This document shows, piece by piece, positions 13,368 to 27,123 of a stretch of 64,000 nucleotides of DNA. The notes beneath the pieces are model-generated. The model saw only the letters and a list, made by a program, of their open reading frames with translations, was not told the origin of the DNA and made no database searches. The stretch covers positions 1,377,696-1,441,695 of the forward strand of contig JAAOMT010000602.1 of assembly GCA_016748015.1 (NCBI GenBank), read 5' to 3'. Numbering within the stretch: the first letter of the stretch is position 1; every line of letters begins with the position of its first letter. Origin of the DNA: Geosiphon pyriformis uo1 (taxonomy: Eukaryota > Fungi > Glomeromycota). The translations under genes and the position numbers were made by a program.

Positions 13368-14938
13368 TTAACCCACAATCGATGCACTTTTGTGTTCAGG
13401 CGTTGGAGGAAGATTTTTATGAACAAGGTACGAGTTAAAACATACAGCTGAAGGAGGAAAAAGACCGATTCGCCCATTTACTGATGTTGAATTCATAAAT
13501 ACGTAAGCTTTTTGTGAGTTATTCGATTGCAGGTTCGGCGCCGATATGTTACGACGTAATTTTTGCAATGACTGGGAGTCTTGATCAGAAGGATTTAGAA
13601 AAGCTTCATCTTCTTCAGATACATCGTATTCTATGCTAGGAAGAAATCCTGAATCATGCTTCTCTGAGGAAGGTGTTGAAAAACCTATCGGGTAGGTACC
13701 TGGCATCGAACTTTTATTTTTTACTGAATTTGAATATGAAATACCCGCAATCGACATTATTGAAATCTGACTTGATATAGAGCATGTTGAATCACGACGA
13801 CGTGTCAACATTCGTCGTGTTATATGACTGATCGAATTTCCAACAAGTGATATTCGCTGATTTGCCACTGCTGAAAGCGAAGTAAATGAAGCGTTGTTCT
13901 GTAACTTTGATCGTTCTATGGCATTAATTGCTAAGGAAGTCTTTCCAAGTTGTGATTGAAAACTTATTTCAGAGGATGAGCTAAGTGACTTTAAGGCAGA
14001 AAAAGACAATCGAAGTGAACCAGATGATAAGGATTTTCTTGGTGAATGACCAATATCAGTGTTAGCTGTAAATGATGATGGACTTAAGAATGATTGGGTT
14101 GAAGATTGTTCAGTTGTTGAAGTTTCAAACGAGGTTGATGAAGATGAAGGTGAAGGTGAAAATGAAGATGAAGATGATAAAGAAGAATAATCTTCCATTG
14201 AATTAATTAAAGAATTTCGGGTAAACTTTGGCAAAGAATCTTGTAGCATCAGACCGAAACAATGTTGTTGCAATTTATCAAATAAATCAACAAAATATCT
14301 TTTCCCCTCTATTTCTCGTCGACAAGAAAGTACCATTTCTTGTGGTACATTCAAAGGTTTCGATGATGCATCATCATCTAGATAGATAGCCCATACATGA
14401 ATTGCCAAAGAAGAAATCTCCTTTTCACTAGACGGCGAGTCAAACATTGATCGATATCGTACAACGTCCATGTAAAAGTCCAAATTCTCCTCACAATATT
14501 GAGATACCAAATACTCACGGAATTTTACACATGCCGTTTCACTCTCTAAAATATTTAATAATCTAATTCTACCAGGCTCACTTTGGGTTAGACTTCGTTT
14601 AAGATGAGCTCCACTGAAATTCTTGTTTCTCAAAATTGTTGATTTACGTTTTTCCGCTGTTCCAAGTAGTGCATCAACAGGTGGGGTAATTATAGTCGTA
14701 GCTTCACTAATCGAATCACCCAAGCTTTGACCTTCATGAGTAGAAACTTGCCATTCAAACGCTGGTATTTCTGGTTTGACTTGACCTTGGGCGTTCTTAC
14801 CCTTTCAATAAGTAAATAATAATAATAATAATTTAAGTTTTTATTTATAATTGACTTTAGCTCTGGTTGACCATAAGAATTTCGACATACCTCTTTTGAT
14901 CTTCTATCAACTAAGAATTTTAAACCAAATTTTAACAT
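13368..14938 (-). CDS. RGS-domain protein (regulator of G-protein signalling) with long Ser-rich tail (exons 14938-14891, 14801-13368; 493 aa)
   Basis: RGS signature LLNILESETACVKFREYLVSQYCEENLDFY...YL...PLNVP...LFDKLQQHCFGLMLQDSLPKF. Upstream exon MLKFGLKFLVDRRSKE joins via a GTATGT...AAG phase-0 intron. Confidence 0.88.
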
Positions 14939-16074
14939 CAACCTTTATGAATTAAGGAATGTGGGAGAGTTTAATGATACAGAGAGGAGGAGATGGTCGT
15001 AAAAGATGAAAATGCGGGGGGAAAAGGATAATAAAAAGGAGAGTTAATCAAAGATTGATTGATTAAATAAATAAATTTGAAAATATGAAAAGAATGTATG
15101 GATGTGTGCGGAAAAGCAACATTTGGGAAAAAGATGAGTTTTACAGAAAAATTTAAACTATTTTTGATTCAAGATGAACCCTTGTGTGTTAGAGTTTATT
15201 GCCATACGAACAGGAAACCTTGATGATAATGATGATGCATTGAACATAGATGTTGTAATAATAATAAATAATATTAAATAATATTAAACGCAGCGTTCGG
15301 CAAAGCGTATCAGGTAATTATATATAAATGTAAACAATCGAATCATTGAAATTGTCAATAAAATATTTATAGTATTTTGGGATCATACTACTACGATCTT
15401 TTCCTTTTTACCCATTTATGACCATAATTCTTGAAAGACTTTGGCTAGATATTCCATGTGCGAATTCTGCGCAACAGCTCAGTGTTGCCCAAAAATTTTG
15501 TACCATATCTGTCGTGTCTTGTGATAGAATAGACTAAGAAGACCAATAAATTAGGCAGGAAACGTATATGCTGCTGTGACTTTGTAAGGAATACAGTAGT
15601 GACTAATACAGAACATAGACTCGCGAAAAATTTTACAAAGAAGTCATTATGCAACTTGAAGAGTGCTAAATTGCGCATGTTCCTGAATTTATAATAATTT
15701 GAATTTAGTAGTTTTAATATTTTTGATGAGATTTTACTACCAAATATATTACGAATTAAAATTCGACAAAGCTTTTTTCCAGGTAAAAACTGAAGTCCGT
15801 CATATACTATTAGTGTAAGATGGCCCATTTACTTTTCTGGGGTGAGTAATTTGCACCATGTATCTTAACTTTGCCTTGATATTTGGGTCAAAACGTTACC
15901 AACGTATTGATTAGATTATGGATAAATCAAAACAAAAATACAGTAATTATATCATAACGTTATATAAAAGAAGAGTCTTTTTTCACATTAAAGTATTAAT
16001 TTCTTTATTCAAAATTATCCGAGAAAAAAAAAGTATTTTAAACAAAATTTCGAAATAATTGACATTTTTAAAAG

Positions 16075-16075
<1 letters not shown>

Positions 16076-16108
<33 letters not shown>
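16076..16108. repeat. (TTA)n microsatellite
   Basis: Direct observation. Confidence 0.9.
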
Positions 16109-16499
16109 TTATTATTTATATATTAGCTTAATAATTTTCTTTTTCAATTTTTTTATAAATAATCTTCTCATATTATGTTTAATTGAGGTATTCAAACTTT
16201 ATATTTTTGATGCCTAATTCCAAATTTTTTTATTAAAGACATATCTTAAACAATTAAAAACAAAATTTGGTTGAACAGGAAAAAACCAATCCATTATGTA
16301 CTTGAAATTATAAATATCACAGCAAATTATTATTATTTGCCAAGGTTAAATTTTCTACATTTTTGAAATGGTTTTAAAAGATGCTCAGAAATTCATTTAT
16401 CTTTGATAATCTTATCTCTTGGATTGCTTAAGTTCACGCTCGTGTATCAGGCACAAACTTCATTTGCGAGACAGTACTGGACTTTGCATTGATGTCTTT

Positions 16500-16880
16500 G
16501 AATGACATTCAACAACTTGTTAGTGAGCAAAATGAATTTCTGGGGGTTGCTGTATGGAGTAATTTCTATCGATTACAGGTTTGACAGTGTTGAGATATGT
16601 TTTGTCAGAATATTAAGAATCTAAAGTGTTGATTATAAATCCGGAGAATTGTACTTATATGTTGGTCAATAGGCCTAGAATTTAAATAAAAGCATACAAT
16701 GTGCACTATGTCAATATTTACTACGAAATGTTGACGCAATAAGAAATCTCGCCACTGCTTCAAATCATTTCGGTCCTTTCCAGACCTCTTGCGTTAAATG
16801 TAGTACACTCAAAAGTCAGGCCATAGATCTGGGACGACATGTAGGACAAACGTCATTGTCAAATGTATAGTAGTGTTCTA
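16500..16880 (+). pseudogene. Possible decayed Fanzor/TnpB-like nuclease C-terminus
   Basis: Frameshifted pieces read ITGLTVLRYVLSEY*ESKVLIINPENCT, then KSIQCALCQYLLRNVDAIRNLATA (16688-16759; compare CxxC...RDxNAxxN), then SRPLALN (compare the C-terminal RP motif of Fanzors). No RuvC-I seen. Confidence 0.35.
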
Positions 16881-18526
16881 AGTTGGCGCGATAAATGAAT
16901 TTCTTTAAATAGAATCAAATGTAAATTTATTCATAAGGAACTTACTCAATTTGTTAAGGTATTAAACACATTAAGGAACTTTAATTTTGACAAAACAGTG
17001 ATGATACAGAATTTTTTAAGAGTCTTTACCCTTATCTAATCCTCAGACTGTTTTCACAAATTTTTTCTAGACTTTTGCTATATAAAAATTTTATGAAAAT
17101 TTCCATTTGAACCAAGTAAAAAAGCTCATTCCAGTTAAAAGCATTTGAAAGATTCGAAAAAATGAGTTGGGGGCTTTCAACTGAAGGGATGATTATTATA
17201 ATGGCCGAGTTTCCAGGGTTTTTTGAGACTTAAGTTATGAGATTCGAAAAAAATGTTGCTTATAAACCAATCCTCAACCTTCCTTTTAGCGATTCACTAT
17301 AAGAATTATAAAATTTTGGAATTTTGAAATCATTCAGGACTTAAGGTATAAAGGGGGTATTGTGGGGAAGTTAATAATTATAATAAAAAATCCTTTTTAC
17401 CTTATATGACTAAATATGTAAAGGTTTGTATTAGCTCACAGATATAGGTTAAGGATGACATAAATTCGAAATTTGCATATTAAAATTAAACACTAATACC
17501 AAGTAAATCAGTCCAGGACTTTTGTAAGTAAATTATTAGCATGGGAAAAAAACCAATTATAGAATGATATTTCCACCCTTTTGCTCAATGAGCAAATATT
17601 TACATAATTGAGCAGCATCAACAAATATTGACAAAATATATACGATTACAAGAGAACACAGCAAATCTGGGGTTTTATTATTACTTTAAGATTAAAAGAT
17701 CGAAAGAATTTTTATTTGGTGCAAAATAATGGCCTAAAGCCATATTATTTTAATCTTTTATTCAAACATATAATTTTCAACTGTTAAAATCAATCTATTT
17801 TATGTTAGCCGAACTTTTTTAAAGAAGTCATTATTTTGTTTATTTGAGATCTATTTAGATTTGACAGACAAACATTAAAACATTTGAACCCATTTTAAAA
17901 CATGAATAATAAAATGAAGATTTCAAATAATAGTTTTGATTTCCTAGTATTTGATTAAAAAAAATGAACTATTTGAGCTATATTAAAATTTAGAAATATT
18001 TAATAATTAAAGTCATAAGTTTTAAATAATATCCAGATTTTTATACAGCAAATAAATTTGAAACTTGATACATATATATATTTATATCTGCAAAATTTTC
18101 AAGAATTTTTAAAGCTTTTGCAAAATAAATTCAAGTTATTTTAAATAATGTAAACATTCATCATAAATTCAAATTATTAATAAATTCAAATTGACTAAAT
18201 ATTATGTTACATTAAAAAAAAATTTAATAACAAGCTTAAAATAAAATTGTACAAACCACTTTAATAACAAAAATTGACTTATGTTAATTTATAGTAAATT
18301 TATTTAAAATCTTAACATGTTATAATTAATTAAATTTTATAATAAAGTTGAGTTTTATAAAATTAAAATGTAAAATAATAATAAAATTATTTGGTTTTAA
18401 TTTAAAATTAATAACAAAACTTATTACAAAACATATTTTTGATTAATTAAATTAATCAAATTGTAAAAATAATATGTATAATTCATTGTTTTAAATATTT
18501 ATTTTAAAATACTATTTAATTATTTT

Positions 18527-18548
18527 ATTATTATTATTATTATTGTTA

Positions 18549-18589
<41 letters not shown>

Positions 18590-18612
18590 GTTGTTGTTGT
18601 TGTTGTTGTTTT
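18527..18612. repeat. Compound (TTA)n(TTG)n microsatellite
   Basis: Direct observation; lies inside a very AT-rich patch (~17.9-18.9 kb). Confidence 0.9.
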
Positions 18613-19743
18613 TGCTGTTTTTTTTGTTATTTTTGTTGTTATTCATTGTTGTTTATTGTTAATACTAATTAAAATTAAAGAACAAAATACTAATTAAAAT
18701 TAATAAAAATAAACTTTTAAACATCTTGTTGTAATATTAACTTAAAACATAAGTTTAATGATAATTATCAAAATTAGTTTTTAAATTAATTAATTTTCAA
18801 TTAAAATATGATTTATATAATTAAACTTTTAATATCTACTTCTTGCTCACAGCTTTATTTTTTTCATGAAAATATTCTCATATGACAAAGTAAATACATT
18901 AATGTAAAATGGTCATCATAAATGGAAGAACTCAAGTTGAGCTTTCGATTGACATGTCACCTGGCTGATATAAACCATAAAGAGAAAAAGTGTCACACAA
19001 AGTAGGTAATACTGGTTTTAAAAATTTTTTTAGATAATCTTAAAGTAGTTTATCTGAGTATGCCTATGCATGGTAACAAAAAATTATCCATAATTCCCAA
19101 AGTTTGACTCTCGACTTTTATATCAATTCATGTGTAGCACTAATTTTATTGGGAAGTTAATCTGATAAGTACAACACAGTTGTACACCGCCAGACGGGCA
19201 TTGTGAAATGAAAATCAATGGCATGTTAATCATCGCGGGAAAATGTTTGAGACTCGCGTTAATAAATAATAAATTGGCTGCTTTTCTTATCATAAATCAA
19301 TGTCATCAAGGTCTTTTTCATTATTCTTTGAAAAAAAATCACGATATTCGTAACACCCATCATCACAGTGTCAATCAATTTTTCAAACAGAAAAGCCAAT
19401 AGCTGCAGTCGTCTTAGATTTCTTAGCAGTTAGTTCTGTTTCACATCAGCACACGCTCTTCAATCAAAAGCACAACCTTGACTTTTGTGCTAAAGCTCTA
19501 GTTTTTACAGACCATTTTTAACTCTTGTTTCTTTTTGGCCTGTAATTTGTGTTTCAAGAAAAGAACCAAACCTTTCAAAATTTTCAAACATTCCTTTTTT
19601 TTACTGTACTATCCTTTTACTTCTCCATTTGTTCTACAAGAAACGTCTTGACTTGAGCAAAGCCACTTCTTGACCGTGCTCCTACTTTCGTTGGCCTTTG
19701 GATAAAAGTAACCACCTGGCCATTGGAATATATTTTTTTGAAA

Positions 19744-22700
19744 ATGGCCAACGTTGGCGGAGCTTGGTTTACGGGACACAAAATTGGCGAAGGTTCTTTC
19801 GGTGAGGTCTACATAGGTAAATTGAAGCAAGAAATATTTGAAAAGCAGATATTTAATCCAAAAAATTGGAACCTCTGAGAAAAATTAGAAATTCCAGAAT
19901 AACTTTTCTGACGAAATTTACTTGGTGTTAGTTATCTCTTATACCAAAAAGTCTGACCCATGAAAGCAGAAATGTTTTGTTTGGTTTTAGGGTTGTGAAG
20001 TTAGAATCATTCCGACTTTTTTCCCAAATAGTTCTTGTCCGAACAACACTTAAGGTTGTAACTGATATTAAAATATCAATTTTGTGTTTTAAAAGCCGTT
20101 GACAAGAATGGAAAGGAATATGCTATCAAACGCGAGCTGATTGGTATTCCAACCGCTCAACTGATGCACGAAGTCAAAATTCTTAATTTACTTCAAGAGT
20201 TTGGTAAGGGATTATTGGGGGGTTTTTTTTAACAGATTGAGCTTTAGTGACATCGTTTCTCTCTAACTGGTTTTGTCATTCAATTAAGATTTTGTACCCA
20301 AGGTTCATTGGTATGGGGAGGTACCCCCTTTCAATGCATGCGTCATGGATTTGCTTGGACCCAATCTCAAACATCTTCGAGTAACCTTTGGGAAACTCCC
20401 TGTAAATTTTGTTAGTGACATCGCTGTTCAAATGGTGAATACCTAATGGTTTTTTGGGTGGAAATTTTCAGTGCCCATAAAAGAACAACTTAATTAAAAT
20501 CTTCTTTTCAGGTAAATATAATGGAGGGCATCCACCAGAAAAGCATCGTATATCGTGATGTCAAACCGGAAAATTTCCTTTTGCAACTTGACTTTGAGAT
20601 CCCAAAAATACCCGGAAAGGATTGCTATGAATCCGATTCTGACAGCACCTCCGCTTATCGAGCAAGAGCTAACGCAAAAATCCTGTACAAAAAAAAGCCT
20701 TTGGTGTATATTGTTGATTTTGGTCTGGCCACCTATTACAGAAATCCGGATACCGGGAAGCATGTATCTGGAAAGCAATACCTTAGGCATAAGACTGGCA
20801 CTGCAAGATATGCCAGTATAAATATTCATAAGGGGAAAGGTAAATTTTCGCTATTTCATTTTCTTCAATCTTTATATGCTATCTGATGATTTCAACGGTC
20901 TTCTAAAAGAAATTTTCATTTTTCATAGTGGCTTCCCGTCGAGATGATATGGAGGCCCTCGGATATGTGTTCATTGATCTTTTAAAAGGTCATCTTCCTT
21001 GGTCAGGTTTGACTGCAGATAATGCTGAGCAGGGGTGGAAAAAAATGCGTGAAAAAAAAGAGATGCCCCTGGAGGAATTGTGTGAAGATCTTCCAAGGGG
21101 ATTCATGACTTATTTGGAATATGCTCAGTCCCTTCGGTTTCAAGATGCCCCAAATTATGCGTATTTGAGGCAAATTTTAATGTGAGTTAATTATGCTAGC
21201 GATTTTGTGCTCCACAATTATTGTTTTTGAACTTTGTAGAATATTCTTTAGGGAAACTGCTGGAATTGGACACGAAGCTGAAATAATCACTATTTCTGAT
21301 CAGCCATATTTCATTGATCCAACTTATGACCAATCACCTCCGTCGCACCCACCTAAAGTGAATCCCCCCATGGAAATTACCTTTCCACATGGAAACAAGA
21401 ATAATTTCGAAGATAAAAGAGCCAAAATCCCTTCGACTCCTCTTTTTAAGCCTCCGAAAAAATCATCCTGGCCGTCAAAAAAACACGTAGATATTCCTAT
21501 TCCTGGCTCAAATTCGCGACGAAGCTCATTGCAACAATTTGAAAGGAATTTCAAACCATTTGATAAATTTGTACCTGATTCTCCATCTGATTCTCATATA
21601 TTCAAAAACTCTGACTCGAATTACTTGAAAAATCAACAACACAATAATTATGATTATCATCATAAGATGAAAGACTCCCGCTTGAATCGAACAATAACAG
21701 AACCGGAAGGATGGAACGATAAAAAACTATCGGCAAGGGAAGATCCAGAAGCATGGAGAGCTGGTATTTCATGGGATACTCCAAACAGTTCTGAAATGGA
21801 TTCAATTCCTGATACCCCAGTTTATGAAAACAGCTTCTGGAATGATGTTGATGTAGATGGTGATTATGTTGATGCTAGGCCTGCGTATATGGAGTTCATT
21901 GGGGGAAATGCTGCAAAAATTGAATGGGATGGAAATCCCAAGGGATTGTATTTGAAGGATAATGGTCGAAAATTTCCCAATATCCCACAAACTCATCCAC
22001 TGATTCAAAAAAAGAGTAAAGAGTGGCAAAGTTTCACTCGAAGACCCTCGGTACCCTCACCTCTATCGATAGTAATTCCGCAACGAGTAAACAACAATTC
22101 ATCTGATGAAAAATCACCTATCTCTCAAAATTCTTATCAAATCAATAGTCTCAATAATGATGTCACATACCATAAGAATAGCAAAATAAATTCTAATTAC
22201 GGCAACAATTTCAGCTGTAATGACATTGTAAATAGTCCTCCCAAATCTACCTCAGAATACGATGACGCCTTGAAAGATATTCAACCTGATACTTTGGATG
22301 ATCAAGACAATGGGGCTGGGATTGATGAAAATTTTTTTTTGGAACACAGACGAAGCAATCCAAATTTTCGAGGAAATTTTCAACTTTCGGCAAATCTCCT
22401 CAAAAGAAGTGTTCCAAATCTTCGAGATGTATCTCGTCATCAATCAATTCCTCAATCATCATCAAACATTAAAAACCCTGCAGCCCAGGTGCACGAACGA
22501 GAGAACCTGGCTCCAATTGGGGGACTCAAAAATTTTGGACCTGACCCAAAATATTCTACTCAAAGTATTCAGAGCATGCAGTACTCTCCACAAGATGTCC
22601 GTTTTTCTTTTCCCGATGTTGGTAAATATAATTCCCAAGATGGTGACAATTCTAATCCTTTTGGAAATAACCGTTATCGAAAAAATCGGGATCGTGGTAA

Positions 22701-23403
22701 CACCATCAGTTATCACACTTTACCGAGCCAGGATGCTCGTTATTTACCGACTCCACCAGTTGCACCTGCTAGACAAAGTAGTAAGTTTCCCCGTGGACGC
22801 TCTAATACATTCAGTTCACCTTCAACAGAAAACAATCCAAAATTTACCCAGCAACCGCGTGGCGTTGTCAATGGTCCTGCAAATTCTAATTCAGCTCAAA
22901 ATCCACCACACGCAATAAAAAATCGCGATCGATCAAACAGCTTTTCTTTCAGTCGTGGTAGTGGGAATGGCAATGGAAATGGGAAAGATCAACCTTTTAA
23001 GTCCCCAATTGAACACCAATCTCAGCCATTACAACAATGGTCGGCCCGGGATCAAACACAAAACGGACAGAATCGACAACAGGCGATGAAATTCAATAAG
23101 AGCCAGCAACCACTACAAAGTGAGATCACCGATACCTCCATCGTTCAAGATGTTCATGTCGACAATGCTGCTGTTGACAACTCGAGCCCAATCGATTCCA
23201 CTATCTCCAAATCGGCCACACAATCACATCACGTCAGTTTTGGTGAGATCGTCCAAATTACTGTCGCTCATGAAAATGACAAATTTAGCACAGCTCGTAG
23301 GCAAAGTTTCTTTGGTTCTCGTCTTTCTGGACAAGAAAAAGCCTACAAAGGACGCCGATTCACTATGACCTCGGAAAAGGAAAGGAAAAAGGCTTGGGCT
23401 TAA
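19744..23403 (+). CDS. Casein kinase 1 (CK1) family kinase with ~700-aa low-complexity C-terminus (exons 19744-19816, 20096-20203, 20289-20434, 20512-20839, 20929-21181, 21252-23403; 1019 aa)
   Basis: All five GT-AG introns keep the frame (3060 nt). Motifs [68 protein letters not shown] and [13 protein letters not shown] are CK1-diagnostic. Confidence 0.93.
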
Positions 23404-25021
23404 TGGTTTTGACGCGTATGCTTGAGTTTTAATTTAAAATTGAATAAATTCTTGGATTCTAAGCAAGGTTTTTTAAATATTTGTCTTCAGGCCTGTCTCA
23501 AAAGTTTATATGGCTGAAAAGTTTTATTGGCTTTCGTTTACGAACATTGTTTATTCATATTTAAATATGAGCAATATTTTAAATTTTTCGAAAACTTTGC
23601 TTCAAGAAAACAGCTTCTTGATTTGTATTTAAATATCTCATTTGTAAATTCGACTTCGGTACACGTTTTTTCAATGCATTCGTCCTTTGAATTCCTAAAT
23701 AAATAAATGTAGATTACTATCGTGTATATATCTGATATCTTTGAGGATAATATCCTGAAACTTTATTGATAGGGTAAATAAAAGATAACCCGTATCGGTA
23801 TTTGGTATCTATTTCAGGATATCTTGCTCTAAACCTTTTAACTAATCTACTGGGTATAAATGGCAACAAAAAATTTTAATATAGCTCAAAGTATTTTTCA
23901 AAAGTATGCGTGACCAGCTTGAATATTTAGGTTATGGGAAAAATACCATGCGAGTAATTTTAAAATTAAATTTTTTTTTTTTGCGAGTTTCAGAAAGATA
24001 ATTATTTTTCTTATGCGTAAGGGTACAATAATTCTTTTGAGAATTATGAGGGAATTAAATCTGTATTACAAAGATGAAACACTTGAATCAATTCTCAAGT
24101 TGCATCGTCTCTGTAAAACAAAAGTAATATGTTTCTTTGAAGTGAGATTAAATAAATGATCTTTATATGATGCATGCTAGTACAATTTAAGATTGTTTAT
24201 TGTCTTGGAATTTTTTAATGAGCGTTCTGGTATTAAGAACCTAAATAGAGCTCTTTGAGCAAAATGGTTTTAATTTAGAATTTCCATCTGGAATGTTTAT
24301 AAAACTTGTCGATATAAAGAATCATACAAGAAAACAGGACTTTAAAGGAAATTAATAAACTTCGAATTGTGAAAGTCATGCTTAAATAACCGGATTCTCA
24401 TAGAGTTTCAAGGATATTTGACTAAGAACTTTCAGTGATTCTATCGTGACAGATAAGTTAATTATCATTATGAAAATAAAATAAAGAACATATTTCCATC
24501 ATATTGGTTGAATTTTATTTTAATGATCTTGGTTTTTCATAATATATTTTAGCCGGATAAAAACTAGCATGAGAGTACAGGGGTTCAATACATAAAAATA
24601 CATGATTTACATGAAATATTTTATTTTGTGTAAAAGATGACTCGGACAATTTTGAAAGAATCATAATCATCTTTTAATCGAAATTGCGAAAATCTTTAAA
24701 TTAAAAGTGATAGCATGCACTTAAGTCTAATCATTTTTTTGATTTGTGTTCAATCATATGTCAAGGACAGCATGAATATTACCTTACCAGATCACTGTTT
24801 ATTTTAAATGTGAAAATTTCATTATAAATAGTGTTATCACCACCGTTGTTCTTTTTTGCTCAAATTCTATACCCATATTCAAACTAACTGTGAGTAAAGG
24901 GAATTTTTTTTTAAAATTCAAGCCTTAAATCCCCAAGTCAAAAACCTTTAAGTCAAAAATAATCTTATCTTTAACATAGTTTTAACATCAACACTATTTA
25001 AAAAAATTTTTTGTGATATCA

Positions 25022-25646
25022 ATGACGCAAGAAGAGGATTATCTTCTTTCGAATGGAGCCTCCTTCTGCTTTAATGATGACGAGTCAGATTGTGTTCTTG
25101 AAGTTGTTGACAAAAATGATTCACCAGGAGCTGTCTCACGCTATTCGGAGAAATATTCCTGTCATCAAATATACCTTTCATTGAAGAGCAAGTGCTTGAA
25201 AGATCTCATTAAGAAATATCATGATCAACTACCACACCAATATCTTTTAAATAAATATAAAAATGATAAAAATATGCTTGTAAAGATGCATATAAAGGTC
25301 AAACTCTTTGCACCAGAATTAACAAAATTCGAAGAGATTTTATTCTGGGTAATTTTTGATTTCTTTAAAAAAGAGTTTTTTATTCTATTCTTTGCCAGAA
25401 AGATATGTGTTAAATCATTTATTTCTAATTACTTTGAAATAGATGTATACTGGTGACAATCATTCCTGGTATGCAAACGGCTTTTCTCCAGAGAATTATC
25501 ATATCGTTGTCAAAAACATTCAGATTCTTGGTTTGGGAGATGAAGCTTTGAAGGTCTGTCACAGATTCCGAGATTCATATACAAATTTTCTTAGAAATGA
25601 TCATTCCCATTTGGAATGGATACCATCTGAAAAGGAAGATGATTGA
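25022..25646 (+). CDS. Small BTB/POZ-like protein (exons 25022-25348, 25443-25646; 176 aa)
   Basis: Phase-0 GT-AG intron gives FEEILFW|MYTG. SDCVLEV...YSCHQIYLSLKSKCLKDLI is BTB-like. Confidence 0.72.
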
Positions 25647-26181
25647 AAGTGAATGTGGATGTGGATGTGGATATGTTTAAAGCCTAACAGAATTTCCAAG
25701 GAAATCTAGAATCTATGAATATTAATATAAGAAATGTAGTTAAAGTATAAATTTTCATTTTATCTCTCTTGAAAAACGGTTGTGCTATTGAAACTATTCG
25801 TAGTCTAACACAATTTTATGCCAAGATTTTTCCTAAAGAAAATAATTTTATTGATATCTAGAGAGAAAAGTTAAAAATTTTCCCATGTACAAGAAAGAAA
25901 AAAAAATTTTTACTGAATAATATTTTGAAAAAAATATCAAAGATGGGTTTCACCAGGAAATTTAAAATAAAATATTACTTAAATTCTTACGTAAATTTTA
26001 ATTATAAATCTAATTAATTGCAATCGGAGATTTTTATTATAAATTAAAATATACATGGTCAAAATATTTTATCAGTTTTAGAATAAATTTTTGTGTTGTA
26101 AAAAACTAAGAATTGCTGGTTTTAGAAAAGAAAAAATTAATTTTAGGTCCTGGGTTTTTAATTAATTTTTTGATTTTTCAT

Positions 26182-26554
26182 AATGAGCAAGAAACGTAGG
26201 ACACGATTCAGCCTTCAAAATCCTCAATAATATTGAAAAGTCCCTAATTACATCATGATCATGGAAGTTACCGAATCTCTGAATCTTCAAAAAATGCATT
26301 AAAATACATAAGAAAAACAATTTTTTTTTAGATAAACTATTATAATTGGATTACAAGGTACACATTCTGATCGTCTTTTTATGCTTTTAAATTTTTTCAA
26401 TGAAAGTCTAAATGAGCAAGAAACGTAGGACACGATGCAGGTAACTTTTGTGAAAGGCTTCAAAATACTCAATAGTATTTGAAAATGCCTAATTACATAA
26501 TATTGTAAGTCATCTGAGTCTCTTAACCTTAAACAAATGCTTAAAAATATAAGA
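26182..26554 (+). repeat. Diverged direct duplication (~130-140 bp units at ~26182-26313 and ~26411-26554)
   Basis: Both units begin AATGAGCAAGAAACGTAGGACACGAT and stay alignable to ...ATAAGA. Confidence 0.85.
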
Positions 26555-27095
26555 GTTTGATCAGAAAAACTTTATTCATTTAAAAATCGAGAACAAATAA
26601 AAATTAAGCTTTGATTTTTTTACCTAAATTAAAATTCATTCAGATTTATCTTAAATCAAATGTAAAATTTTTCACTTTCTAAATCATTTTTTTTAGAATA
26701 GAAAAAAAAATTTCATAAAGATATGCAAAGATATTTCTTTAAACGGTTGCAACTGAGATTTCTTAAATATTTTCATGCATCCAAAATACACTGTTCTGAA
26801 ATGATAATTCTATTTTAGCTGTATTAAATGTTGACAAACGAATACAATCAAGAACTTTTAAATTAAAAATGTGAAAAATTTTTTATCTCACAAGATACAA
26901 TCATATATATATACTGTATGTTCAATATTAAAATTTTTTTAATTATATCTTTTATCAGCCGAGTGTGATTGGTATTCGAGTTTCGAGTTTAGATTACTAA
27001 AAGAGGTTTCCTTTGTAAATCAATGATTTCAATTGGGACAGGATAGTTTAAAGAGTTCAGACTTGAATGAAAAAAAAACCGTGATCATAACCACA

Positions 27096-27123
27096 CCCTC
27101 CCCCCTCCCCCCTCCCCCCCCCC
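27096..27123 (-). other. C-tract (G-quadruplex-capable on minus strand)
   Basis: CCCTCCCCCCTCCCCCCTCCCCCCCCCC. Confidence 0.6.

Noticed and set aside
15445-15828. 127-aa minus-strand ORF upstream of the RGS gene
   Set aside because: No recognisable domain or splice link; probably a chance ORF in promoter DNA.
21324-23368. Short ORFs overlapping the CK1 last exon on both strands
   Set aside because: Alternative-frame shadows of the long CK1 coding exon.
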